DNA from: Acidimicrobiia bacterium
GTDB taxonomy: Bacteria; Actinomycetota; Acidimicrobiia; Spongiisociales; ZC4RG35
Direction of reading: 5' to 3'
DNA: 64,000 bases
NCBI GenBank assembly: GCA_965215185.1
Contig: OZ244034.1
Location: forward strand, 256,001 to 320,000
Part shown: positions 21,001 to 30,125 of the stretch, in pieces
How positions within the stretch are numbered: position 1 is the first letter of the stretch
Layout: every line of letters begins with the position of its first letter
Notes under the pieces: model-generated
The model's database searches: none
Told to the model about the DNA's origin: nothing
Seen by the model: only the letters and a program-made list of their open reading frames with translations
Program-made: the position numbers and the translations under genes

Positions 21001-22449
21001 GGACTCCGGATCGACGTGTCGCTACCGGAGCAAGTGCCTTCCCAAACCGGGACCAAACTCGATCGCGCTCTGCGCACCACCTACTTTGAGCATCTTGTCC
21101 TCACCGACTCAACGCTAGCACGACTTCCGTCCTCATTCCTTCGCGAATGGATGGCGCAACTCTCTCTGTGCGCTGTGGTGATGGCCTCTGTTGACGCCGG
21201 ATCAGACCTCGCTGAACTCTCCGACGCAGGTCTGTCAGCGGGGATGGTCCAGGCCGCTCGAGCAGTATTCGGCGCCGAAGGGCCGTCAGATGACCCAACT
21301 GTGCCAATCCACGACCCTGGCCTGGTCACTGACGTGGAGGGCGCTCTCCACGACGGGGAGATCGTGACCGCACTCCAACGATGCCTGGCGAATCTGCGCG
21401 GGCCACTGCCAGCAGAGTCACTCACATGGGTGCACGAGCGCTACGCATCTACGGTTGCGGCTGGGTTCATCGGAGCCATGCAGGCAATGTGCCCCGACCT
21501 CGATGTCGACGATCTGCGAGCGGACTTCGAACTCCGGTCGTCGGATGACGACGAGCCGTTCGCTCGGATCACGATTTCAGAGGATCAACCCGGAGGGACC
21601 GGCGTAGTGGAGACAGCGGTGGAGCGGATAGTCCAGGACCCACGGGCGTTCTGGTCTGTAGTGACGAGCGTCCTCGGCCCATGCGATGGCGAACGCATCG
21701 ACGAGGCGCTTCGACGTTTCTTAGGAGACCGCGCCGATGGACGCCTCGCCCGCGAGGTTGACCAAGTTCGAGCGTCATCGACTCTCGCCGCCACGACGAT
21801 GGCATGGGCGTCGCTTCGGGAGAGGATGTTCCGAAGCGGGATGGATGCGGATCCGACAGTGATCAGCGCACTGGCGACCCGACTTCTCCGGCCAGGCAGT
21901 GACGCGACCGTCGAGCAACTGTGTCGGGACCTGCTCGGCCGCTGGGACGCGCTGGAGGACAATCTTGGACTTGAAGTGGATCTCCGCGTGTTTGCCTACA
22001 TCGCGGCTCGACATGACGAGACTCGTCGGTCTCTGGCCGCCATCACGTCTTGGACCAACCAGGATTCAGAGTGGCTCGTCGGGCAGATCGTGGGGTTGCT
22101 CTGGTCCCGCGGGAGCAAACTCCGTGCAACGAGCCTCGAGAATTACAACCCGTACTGTCAGGCGCCGAACACCGAGCGTCTGCTCGTCGAGCCCATCACA
22201 CGAGCACCAATCACCACCGTGCAGTACGGCACCGCCGGCTGGAGGACCAACCTCGATGACCAGTTGAGCCTCGACGGCATCGCTCAGATCGCATGCTCAG
22301 ACGAGGCGGAAGCAGTGCACGCCCTGCGTCAATTAATGACAGTGCCGACTGTAGTTGGAGTTTTGGAGTTTCATCCCCGGGTGGTTGGCGTGGAGCGGCC
22401 GAACGCCGAAATCACACTGACTGTGGACATCCGAGAGGCACAACAGTGA
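18094..22449 (+). CDS. dpdJ: DpdJ DEAD/DEAH-box (Lhr-like) helicase
   Basis: AGTGAGKTLAFY, IYPRVELL.DQ, Zn motif, LLDEIH, GLSATL, ATASLEVGFDD and QRRGRAGR. Confidence 0.92.
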   Translation: MTDPGLVDVLNELEARELPLLTWGVTSGAYDEDEILGLLESARPEKDPEDLLERLLATGFVFERGLTGNRFRTRMAETVRLARHLRQWFHGPRSDWRTAKTLVSDMRFLARPRVVPVREVNEHELTSRLSAALNERWTTSHEATLKAVLGGRLVSEFQAKSAERLLSSVGNRGGTCVTAGTGAGKTLAFYLPALTHALSVPGPRGIPRIVAIYPRVELLRDQLRTILKLVTDLEARDAGRLRVGVLYGATPHHRADAQRDVRKGWRSTADGLTSPIVDSCLREGCSGDLIWPTGDAEGRLLRCVRCGSELESLVFSRRTLTSQPPEILFTTTEMVNRLLGIPRMRRLLVGDSSSSPDFVLLDEIHSYSGTHGAQVAHLIRRWRGEMVSPSHVVGLSATLADPKGFFSQLIGAGTGNVAVVAPNDAEMRESGREYFMALRGDPASQTSLLSTTIQTAMLMRRMLDREPGIPSGGTFGTRLFAFTDKLDVVNRLHSQLQDAEGWQPGGVDRKREGSLAVLRASGADNGPRDDVGQLWDAAEELGTLTRRVVVDRTTSQDAGIGSSSDVVVATASLEVGFDDPNVGAVLQHKAPRDAAQFLQRRGRAGRNPAMRPWTAVVLSDYGRDRLAFQAYEALFDPKVQPAHLPIRNRVILKMQATWWLVDYLTRASGGTPLRSVLASRWLRNPDRQVRAARDALVAARNLLTDEGLGKLESGLKWSLRISEDDARSVLFDHPRAIATTVLPTIIRRLEGVVGQHKLPSHFRWSDPLLDFVPSSLFAPLQTPEVRVELPLAGQFQPEPHTEPIAQSMREFAPGRVSYRFALRGKRERMWVNPPASTEPNLDLETFCSDYLQLTRPPGLQEPVVQPRSIQLSRPTTRVPDSSYGRWNWEVFFRVNGVPAELDVPSGSPWTKWVRSVAVMTHHVRAPLTVWRIARTAEVERQVSSEPSTTQHRVRLAGSNAAIGFAMEVDGLRIDVSLPEQVPSQTGTKLDRALRTTYFEHLVLTDSTLARLPSSFLREWMAQLSLCAVVMASVDAGSDLAELSDAGLSAGMVQAARAVFGAEGPSDDPTVPIHDPGLVTDVEGALHDGEIVTALQRCLANLRGPLPAESLTWVHERYASTVAAGFIGAMQAMCPDLDVDDLRADFELRSSDDDEPFARITISEDQPGGTGVVETAVERIVQDPRAFWSVVTSVLGPCDGERIDEALRRFLGDRADGRLAREVDQVRASSTLAATTMAWASLRERMFRSGMDADPTVISALATRLLRPGSDATVEQLCRDLLGRWDALEDNLGLEVDLRVFAYIAARHDETRRSLAAITSWTNQDSEWLVGQIVGLLWSRGSKLRATSLENYNPYCQAPNTERLLVEPITRAPITTVQYGTAGWRTNLDDQLSLDGIAQIACSDEAEAVHALRQLMTVPTVVGVLEFHPRVVGVERPNAEITLTVDIREAQQ

Positions 22450-22973
22450 CAACTCGAAGCCTCCGTACGAAGGCCTTCGCTTCTCGCGTGGAGTTGGCGG
22501 ATGCACTGCAGTGTTTGTTCGTCTCCGAGGTTCTTGTGCCCAGCACGCCTCTTTGGATCGTTACGCCGTGGATCTCTGATGTTCCGATCGTCGATAACCG
22601 AGCGGGCCGATTCAAAGGGTTGGTCCCGGCGCTCCCAGAACGCTGGATTCGACTTGGCGAGATTATCGAACAGCAGTTGGTTCGGGGTGGATCCCTAGTG
22701 GTCGCCTGTCGCCCCGACGACCACAACCGATCCTTCACCGACCAGATCCAGCGGAGAGGTAGGGAGATCGGTCGTGAACAGCGCGTGCGCGTCAGATTGT
22801 CTCCCGAACTGCACGAGAAGGGGATCCTGTCTGCAACCGCCTTTATCAGCGGGTCGATGAACATGACCTACAACGGGCTGCGAAAACTTGAGGAAGTAAT
22901 TCATCTCACGGATGAGAGCGACGCGGTGGCACGCGCGCGGGCTGCTTATCAAGACAGGTGGGGCGAGCCATGA
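22446..22973 (+). CDS. dpdK: DpdK phospholipase D-like nuclease
   Basis: LWIVTPWISDVP and LHEKG....GSMNMTYNG (HxK PLD motif); GTGA overlap with dpdJ. Confidence 0.9.
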   Translation: MTTRSLRTKAFASRVELADALQCLFVSEVLVPSTPLWIVTPWISDVPIVDNRAGRFKGLVPALPERWIRLGEIIEQQLVRGGSLVVACRPDDHNRSFTDQIQRRGREIGREQRVRVRLSPELHEKGILSATAFISGSMNMTYNGLRKLEEVIHLTDESDAVARARAAYQDRWGEP

Positions 22974-25153
22974 GGGATATCGACCCTCGCGTGAGCACGC
23001 TCTACGACGCGCCCAACGAGATAGATATCAGTTCCCTTGGCGGGGAGGCTGCAGATCTAATCCAGGTTCTCCTGGGCCGGTTCGTGGAGGGCAAGCGGAC
23101 ATTGCTTCCGGCCAGAGTCAACAATTCGACGAGGTGGTACGGGATCGCCGGGTCTGATCGTGACGGCCGGCTTCTGACAGAGGAGATGGCCTCGTGGCTC
23201 GGTTCTCCCCTGTGCGACCGGACAACTGTCGTCGAGAAGCCCGAGGATGTGGTTGATGAAAGGGCAGCACTGCTGACCAGCAACGGGATCCTCTTGCGGA
23301 CGCGTGTTACGGCCGGCTGGCAGGGCGAAGCGCGCGAGAACGTTCGCTCATTGGTCGATGTGTGGACGTTCACCCCGGAGCGCGCTCATGACGCGCCGCG
23401 ACCCGTTGGCAGAGTCCTACGGCACTTCTACGAAGGGATCGCGGCGAGAGATCGAGCCTCGGCGACGGATGCACTCGAGGAGATCCGCGCAGGTGGCTTG
23501 CTGTCGGCGACGAACATCAGGTTCCTCCGTGTCGAACTGCTTGCTCGCCTCGGGACGCCAGAAGAACTCCGGAGCGACCCCCTCCTCGCGGACATCGCGC
23601 TGGTGAGGCGACCCCCGGCCGTCAGCGATCATCTCGCTCGTGCCGCCGATGCCCTCTATGTCCCTCCGAGCGCGGAGAAATCAGGGCGCGACAACTGGCG
23701 GTCAATGGCGTCGGACATTGAGCAGGGGTGGCCTGGGCTAGTAGCGCACCCGAGTCAGATTCGGTCTGTACATGGCGCGAGGTGCCTCGCTCTGACCGAA
23801 CTCCTCGCTGAGCTTCCAAGGAGCGGGGTGATCGACGCCCTTCGATCGAACTGGAATGAGGACGTCTTGGTGGCAGGCGTTGTGGCTGCCCTCGAATCCG
23901 AGTCGAAGCGAGTCCCCGGGGAGGCTGGAGTTCCAGACGGTATCTCCGCGGTCCGGGGTCACTACCAGCGTGGGGAGTTCGAACTGGCACTCGATGCCGC
24001 CGAGCGGGTGAAGCCAGATCGAGGCGTGGCGACCGCGGTCATGCATGCCGCGCTCAATCTGGGCGATGCCGTCGCCGCGGCGCGTGCGGTCGCCCTTGTC
24101 GATCGACTGCCGGAACTCGACCGCGACGCGCTGCTCTCGCAAGCTGTTGGCGGCGTGTTCTACACACAGTTGGTCGATCGCAATCAGGGCACTCAGGTTC
24201 CCGACGGCTGGATCGACTGGCTGCGTGGCGAATGGCCCGACCGTCCAGACCTTCTCAACGACTGGTCTTCAACTTGGGGGAGTGACGATCCCGTAGCGGA
24301 TGAGGCGGCCGACGTGCTCGCTGGCGAACTGCTCGATGCCCTGAACGACAATCGTCGGGGCCGCGTGCGGAATGGTCTTCCAGCCCTGGTGCGGTGGCTC
24401 GTGACAGAGGACGGTCTTCTGCCATCGTCCATGCCGCTGGCCGTCACGATCTTGGACATCATGCTTGGCAGCGATCCCGGTCGAGCGGAGAGGAGCGCCG
24501 CTCTCGACCTGCTCGGCGAGGTCCTTCTCACGGGTTGCTCACTTGACGAGTATCGGACCGCCGTAGCCGCTCTGAGCGACCAACTGGTCCGCCTTGGCCC
24601 ACGCGAGGTCGACTGGTTGACAGGGATGTTGGACCTTCAGTTGCTCAGTACCGTCCCAGATACCCGCTTGCGCGACGAGTTGTTTGCCAATGCACTCGGC
24701 GTTGTGGTCTCCTGGTTCGGGCGGATCGAAGATACCGAAGCGATCGTGCTGCGGAAACTGTTCATGGACGTAGGCATCGACTTGGACCCGCCGCTGACAG
24801 ATCACCCTGACCCCCAAACCTCTCGAAGGATCAAGACTTTCAAGCGCGTTGGGATCTATTCGTTGGCAGAGTCTGCAGCCAACAAGGCCGCACACTGGAT
24901 CCGTGATGAGTGGCCCAGCGTTGAAGTGCGGCTATCGCACGCTCACTCGAACAACTCTGAGTTGGATGGTCTCGTGCGCAGTTCGGACGTCGTCCTTATG
25001 CAAACGAGCCATGCGAAGCACGCAGCCACCATCGCGATCGAGCGCTCGATCGAGACAACGCGTCTGGTGCGTGTGAACGGACGTGGTGCCACGTCCCTCT
25101 TTCGCGGTCTGCTGGAATGGGCTACGATCGGTCGCCGCCGCGCATGGTCATGA
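22970..25153 (+). CDS. dpdD: DpdD (C-terminal DUF2325-like domain)
   Basis: LSATNIRFL, GWIDWL and C-terminal VGIYSL.E...SDVVL...HAKHAAT...GRGATSL; last gene of the cluster. Confidence 0.85.
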   Translation: MRDIDPRVSTLYDAPNEIDISSLGGEAADLIQVLLGRFVEGKRTLLPARVNNSTRWYGIAGSDRDGRLLTEEMASWLGSPLCDRTTVVEKPEDVVDERAALLTSNGILLRTRVTAGWQGEARENVRSLVDVWTFTPERAHDAPRPVGRVLRHFYEGIAARDRASATDALEEIRAGGLLSATNIRFLRVELLARLGTPEELRSDPLLADIALVRRPPAVSDHLARAADALYVPPSAEKSGRDNWRSMASDIEQGWPGLVAHPSQIRSVHGARCLALTELLAELPRSGVIDALRSNWNEDVLVAGVVAALESESKRVPGEAGVPDGISAVRGHYQRGEFELALDAAERVKPDRGVATAVMHAALNLGDAVAAARAVALVDRLPELDRDALLSQAVGGVFYTQLVDRNQGTQVPDGWIDWLRGEWPDRPDLLNDWSSTWGSDDPVADEAADVLAGELLDALNDNRRGRVRNGLPALVRWLVTEDGLLPSSMPLAVTILDIMLGSDPGRAERSAALDLLGEVLLTGCSLDEYRTAVAALSDQLVRLGPREVDWLTGMLDLQLLSTVPDTRLRDELFANALGVVVSWFGRIEDTEAIVLRKLFMDVGIDLDPPLTDHPDPQTSRRIKTFKRVGIYSLAESAANKAAHWIRDEWPSVEVRLSHAHSNNSELDGLVRSSDVVLMQTSHAKHAATIAIERSIETTRLVRVNGRGATSLFRGLLEWATIGRRRAWS

Positions 25154-25900
25154 CTAGGCGCACCACTTCCCAGTCTCGATCACTGAAATCCACTCATGGT
25201 GGGTGTGCCCCGCTTCTTAGGGGAACTCGACCTGTCAGTTCGGCTTCTTCTCGGTGAACGCAGGCCAAATCATGTTGTGAGCAGGCGGATCGTTCTGGCT
25301 AGGCTCGAGATCACTGGCGCTGTATTTGCTGGAATCGATGAGGGTCAGGTGAGCCTCCGCAGCATCTGAGAGTGACCATCGCGCGACCGCGATCGACCAG
25401 AGCGGTTCGATCAGCACACAGGTCATATCCCGGATCTTGCTGGTCTCACCGAACCTGATACATTGTGTCTCGACAGTCCAGTACGCATGTTCTCGGTTTC
25501 ACTTGACCCGACGGGCTGCTCTTGACAGTTGGTGTGGGTAGGAAAGCGATGCTCGGACCGTGGCCGATGTCCACAAGATCCTCGCCGACCGGCCGACGCT
25601 ATACACAGCGTTGCTCTGCGTTACAAGTGGGTCAGAGGTCTTCTATTGGGTCGGGGGCCTGGCCAGTTCATTGAGTTCTTAGAAGACATTGGATCATCCA
25701 CACCTGGACAGGGGTCAGTTTGATCCTGACCTGGCACAGCAGTGACAGGCATTCCGCCACCAAATGCTGGAAAGAGACCGATCCTGCCGATCCAACAACG
25801 AACCCTCACAAGGGTGTTTTACGAACAGCGGCCGCTCTTTGGTAACTGAAGATCAGGCGGTTGCGAACAACAACGAGCCGTAGGGGGCATGCACATTCGA

Positions 25901-27055
25901 TCACGTTTCCAGGTAGTGAGCCCATTTTTTCATGACCGGTCGGCGTGCTTCGAGGAGGTCGCTTCTGGCGTAGGCGCCTTCTACGCCTCCCACGATGTGC
26001 GCCAGTGCTGCTTCTGCTATCTCGCGGGGCACTCCCGAGTCTCTACACCAGTCACGGAAGGATGATCGCATTCCGTGTGGAACGGCTTCGATCCCGTTTT
26101 CGCGGACCAGTTTGGAGATCGTTGAGTTGGATAGCGGCTTTCCTGTGGGTGATGGGAACACCAGCCCAGTTGCGTCTGTGAGGTGGGCAGCATTGTCGAT
26201 GATGTTCCGTGCCGGCCTGCTTAGGGGCACTCGATGCGGGCGACCGGTTTTGGTTCGTTCGCCGGGTATTTCCCATGTGTCCGTGGTGAGGTCGATCTCG
26301 TTCCATGTGGCGTTTCGGACTTCGCCGCTTCTGGTTGCTGTGAGAGTAAGGATTTTGAAGGCGGCGATGGTTGCCCAATGGGCGTTTGACGATTCGATGG
26401 TTTTGATGGCAGCGCCTACTTGGCTGTGGTGCAGGGCTCGCATGTGGTTGCGTTGGGTGCTGTTTTTGCCTAATCCGGCGAGAATGGCTGAGGTGGGATC
26501 CGACTCCAAGAAACCCTCTGCGATTGCCCATTTCATGATGGTGCCGGTTCGCTGTTGGACTCTTCGGGCTGTTTCGGGTTTGGTGTGCCATATGGGCGTG
26601 AGGCATTTCATGATGTCTTTGCTGGTGACCTCGTCGACCTGTTTGCGTCCGATGTGGGGGAACACATAGGTTTGCAGGCTTGATTCCCAGATGTTTCGGC
26701 TTCGGCTTCCCGGTCGCCATTTTCCGGAGTGCAGTTCGATCACTTTGGCGGCCGCTTGTTGGAAGGTGGGTGTTCGGCCTGATCGCGGGTTGTGGCCTTC
26801 TTCAACGGACTGCCGGTTCCTGAGGGCTCGTCTTCGGGCTTCGGCCAGTGTGACGGCGGGGTAGCTTCCTAGTCCCAGGTTGGTTTCCCGCCCGTTGATG
26901 CGGAGTCGCTGACTCCAGGTCTTCGACAATCGAACCTGGATGTTGGTGGTTTTGACCAGTAGACTCAGCCCATGGCCGCCTCTGCCGTCTCCGTATCGTC
27001 CTGGTTGCCGGACTGTCTTGACGAAGGAGGCCGACAGGGTTTTCGGTCTTTTCAC
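25901..27055 (-). CDS. P4-type (IntA-like) tyrosine integrase, intact
   Basis: Arm-binding N-terminus (GRYGDG..GLSL..LGLGSYPAVTLAEAR); catalytic R (TATRSGE), K (TKTG), HGMR, LAH and AYARS. Confidence 0.95.
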   Translation of the reverse strand: MKRPKTLSASFVKTVRQPGRYGDGRGGHGLSLLVKTTNIQVRLSKTWSQRLRINGRETNLGLGSYPAVTLAEARRRALRNRQSVEEGHNPRSGRTPTFQQAAAKVIELHSGKWRPGSRSRNIWESSLQTYVFPHIGRKQVDEVTSKDIMKCLTPIWHTKPETARRVQQRTGTIMKWAIAEGFLESDPTSAILAGLGKNSTQRNHMRALHHSQVGAAIKTIESSNAHWATIAAFKILTLTATRSGEVRNATWNEIDLTTDTWEIPGERTKTGRPHRVPLSRPARNIIDNAAHLTDATGLVFPSPTGKPLSNSTISKLVRENGIEAVPHGMRSSFRDWCRDSGVPREIAEAALAHIVGGVEGAYARSDLLEARRPVMKKWAHYLET

Positions 27056-27174
27056 ATCTCTGTTTCCAATTGTTTCCTCTTAGGCTATCCGGGCGATTAT
27101 CAGTTGCTATCAGTATAGGGGTGGGTTCCTATGGTCGTCAGTGGAACACCATGAGAGGGCTAATCTGTGGCATG

Positions 27175-27220
27175 ACCTGGGATGATAGGGATCTCATGGG
27201 TTTTCCCTGGCATCCCAGGT
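27175..27220. repeat. inverted repeat upstream of the integrase
   Basis: ACCTGGGATG (27175-27184) and CATCCCAGGT (27211-27220) are perfect 10-bp arms, with inner AGGGA/TCCCT pairing. Confidence 0.6.
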
Positions 27221-27580
27221 AAAGTGGACGTTGGTTGCCCGCACCTCCACTGCACCCACAGAGAACTATTACCTAGGCGGAATCAAGATGCGTGACTTGG
27301 CCCAAACGAAGTTGGCCACGGCCCTCTAGACAGGAGAGCCCTGTGACGGTTGCTTCGACGAATGGCAGTCCTCAGAGTGGAGATGCGATTTGAGGCGGTT
27401 GTGGGTTTCGGTTGGAGCTATGGCTGCTGTCCTTTCTTATTAGGGACTGTCCGGTGCTTGCCGCTAGCTCTTCGGTAATCTTGCCGCTGTCGATCCCACC
27501 GGATGTTCCCCCACGGTGTTGAAGTTGAATTGGAGGACGACCCGAGGCCTAGGATTTCTGGTTTGGAGGTGAGACCGACA

Positions 27581-28735
27581 GTGACGGGCGACCCGGTTCC
27601 TTCCTATGAGGGCGACAATTTGGTGAATCTTCTAGCCGAGTTGGAGATCCGTCTCACCGGTCGGTCTCCGACCAGGGGGCTCCGCTCTGACCTGGCTGAC
27701 CTGATTCCCCACAAACGCAACTATGTGCTAGTGATCAACGACGGTCTTGGCGCACGGCAACTGGCTCATTCCGGTGCCGGTAGGTTACGCCGATTTCCAG
27801 CGGGCTGTTCTGAAGGCACCGTTTCCAACAACGACTGTGGTCGGTCTCTCTTCGGTAGCCACAGCAATGGCACCCATGCAACATGGACTGATCGGCTTCA
27901 CCCAATGGCTACCCGCCCTGCAAAGGGTGGTGAACATGATGTTCTGGGAAGACTTAGAAGGTAACCAGGTGGACTACGACCCGGCTGGTTTCCTTCCAAC
28001 TCCCAACCTTTGGGAACGCCTCACCGCCGCTGGGGTCAACGCCTTCATAGTCCGCCCATCACGCTTTCTGCACGACTCGCCTCTTAGCAACATGCTGTAC
28101 CGGGGAGCCCAACGACACGGATACTCGTCTCTGGCCGATATCAACCCGTCAGCATTGTTAAATGACACCACCCGCACCCTGGTGGTGGTCTACCTTTCAC
28201 CAGTGGACCGAGCCGCTCACCAGCATGGACAACAGTCGGTGGAACACCGCAAAGCACTGAAAGAAACCAGTCGCCTCTGGAAGCGCCTCACACGTTCTAT
28301 CCCGTCCGAGACCGCGCTGATCGGCACAGCTGACCACGGTCACTGCGACATCCCCCAAAACGGCAAGACAAGGCTAGGTACACATCTCACCCAAGGAGTC
28401 GTCTACTGGGGCGAGGGGCGAGTGCTCATGTTTCGTGGACCCACCGAACAGATATGCCGCATTGCTGAACAAACCGGTGCCCTGTACGTGGACCCTGATC
28501 GGCTCCGGGAGTGGCTAGGAGGAGGAGACCCCCACCCCGCTTTAGAGGAATTCCCGACCGCCGCGTTACTAGCGCCACGGGAGGAGGAGACCCCCACCCC
28601 GCTTTAGAGGAATTCCCGACCGCCGCGTTACTAGCGCCACCGGGCACTGTCATTCTCCACATTTATCCTCACGAGATCGGACATCACGGAGGGATCACCC
28701 CCCAAGAACTGCTCATCCCCCTAATCATTGCGTAA
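27581..28735 (+). pseudogene. alkaline phosphatase superfamily / nucleotide pyrophosphatase, frameshifted
   Basis: VLVINDGLG, APFPTTT, HGLIGF, VDRAAHQHG, TADHGH and GHHGGITPQE; frameshift near 27795 plus a 62-bp duplication. Confidence 0.85.
28518..28640 (+). repeat. tandem duplication, 61-bp unit x2 (period 62)
   Basis: GGAGGAGGAGACCCCCACCCCGCTTTAGAGGAATTCCCGACCGCCGCGTTACTAGCGCCAC occurs at 28518 and 28580. Confidence 0.95.
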
Positions 28736-28979
28736 AGCCCAGCCTCGAACTGCTCGGAGGAGCGTTCTTCGATCTTGGTGGTTAGTTCCCGGCGTCGGGT
28801 TTGGGGTTCGTTCCCGATGCCGAAAACGATCGGTATGACGGATGCTCTGTGAAAGGTGTGGGCTTCAAAGCGACCTAGGATGGCTGCGGAGAAACACGGG
28901 GCCGGCAGCGGCGTCGCCTTCCGCCCACAAAGGGTAGCAATCGACACCCCACCCGTCTGGTGGGTGGATGCCTTTACCG

Positions 28980-30125
28980 TTAGTTTTCGATGTAGGTGCT
29001 CCAGTTTTCCATGAGTTGGCGGCGTCGTTCTAGGAGGTCTGTTCTGGCATAGGCTCTTTCTACAGAGTTTCGGATTTCGTGGCCGAGGGCTTGTTCTGCC
29101 ACTTCGCGGGCTATTCCGGTTTCTCCGCACCAGTCCCTAAAGCTGCTTCTCATTCCGTGTGGCACACAGCCCACGTTGTTTTCCTTGCATAGTTTGCTCA
29201 TGGTGGCATTGCTCAGCGGTCGCCCGGTAGGCGACGGGAACACCAAGCTCTTGCCGTTTGACTGTCGGCGCGCTGTCTCGAGAACCGCCAAAGCACCAGT
29301 GCTGAGTGGCACCCGATGCTCTTGTCCGGCTTTTGTGTGGTCTGGCGGGATTGTCCACGTCTGCGTTGCAGGATCTATTTCGTCCCAGGTGGCGTTCCTG
29401 ACCTCGCCGCTCCGTGTCGCTGTGAGAGTCAGGAACTTGAACGCGGCGATGGTCGCCCAGTGCGCATCGGTGGCTTCGACCGCTCGAACCGCGGCGGCGA
29501 CCTTGCTGTGGGGTAGCGCCTTCATGTGCTGGGGGCGTTGTTTGTTGGTACCCAGCGCGGCGGTGATGCGATCGTCGGCAGGGTTGTCTTCTCGGTATCC
29601 CTGGGCGATGGACCACTTCATCACCGAAGAGATCCTCTGTTTCACCCGGCTAGCGGTTTCAGGGATCTCAAGCCATATAGGAGAAAGACAAGCCATGACA
29701 TCCCCCGAAGTGACCAGGTCCACCCGCTTGTTCCCAAACCGCGGATACGCATAGGTCCGCAGACTCGACCGCCAATGCTCCTCAGACCTACCACCCGACT
29801 TCCACTTCGCGGAATAAAGGCGGATAACTCTCTCGGTAGCCTGACAAAAAGTGGGCACTCTGCGAGCGCGGGGATTGCGCCCTTCCTCGACGGCCCGTCG
29901 GTTGCGAAGAGCCCGCCGGCGGGCCTCCGCCAACGTAACAGCCGGGTAGCTACCCAACCCGAGGTTTGTTTCCCTTCCGCTGATCCGGATTCTCTGCACC
30001 CAGACCTTCGAAAGCCGTCCCTTAATCTTGGTCGGTCTAACCACCAGGCTCAGACCATGACCGCCCCTACCGAGTCGGGTTACGCCCTTAACGAAGGCGG
30101 GTGAGAGTGTCTTGGGCCTCTTCAC
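28980..30125 (-). CDS. second P4-type tyrosine integrase (divergent paralog)
   Basis: TATRSGE, HTKAG, PHGMRSSFRDW, LGH and AYARTD; lacks the RYGDG segment found in the arm domain of 25901..27055. Confidence 0.92.
   Translation of the reverse strand: MKRPKTLSPAFVKGVTRLGRGGHGLSLVVRPTKIKGRLSKVWVQRIRISGRETNLGLGSYPAVTLAEARRRALRNRRAVEEGRNPRARRVPTFCQATERVIRLYSAKWKSGGRSEEHWRSSLRTYAYPRFGNKRVDLVTSGDVMACLSPIWLEIPETASRVKQRISSVMKWSIAQGYREDNPADDRITAALGTNKQRPQHMKALPHSKVAAAVRAVEATDAHWATIAAFKFLTLTATRSGEVRNATWDEIDPATQTWTIPPDHTKAGQEHRVPLSTGALAVLETARRQSNGKSLVFPSPTGRPLSNATMSKLCKENNVGCVPHGMRSSFRDWCGETGIAREVAEQALGHEIRNSVERAYARTDLLERRRQLMENWSTYIEN

Larger units (their letters stand above)
2636..27250. mobile_element. 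Integrase-bounded genomic island carrying the Dpd cluster
   Basis: Defence cargo lies between two co-oriented integrase copies (2636-3284 and 25887-27055). The right boundary is inferred from a putative att fragment near 27237-27250. Boundaries are approximate. Confidence 0.6.

Noticed and set aside
28518-28640. CRISPR array
   Set aside because: Only two adjacent copies, no spacer, inside a coding region, and no cas genes. No CRISPR array was seen anywhere in the window.
27581-28735. BREX PglZ phosphatase
   Set aside because: Short standalone alkaline-phosphatase-fold gene with no brx/pgl neighbours.
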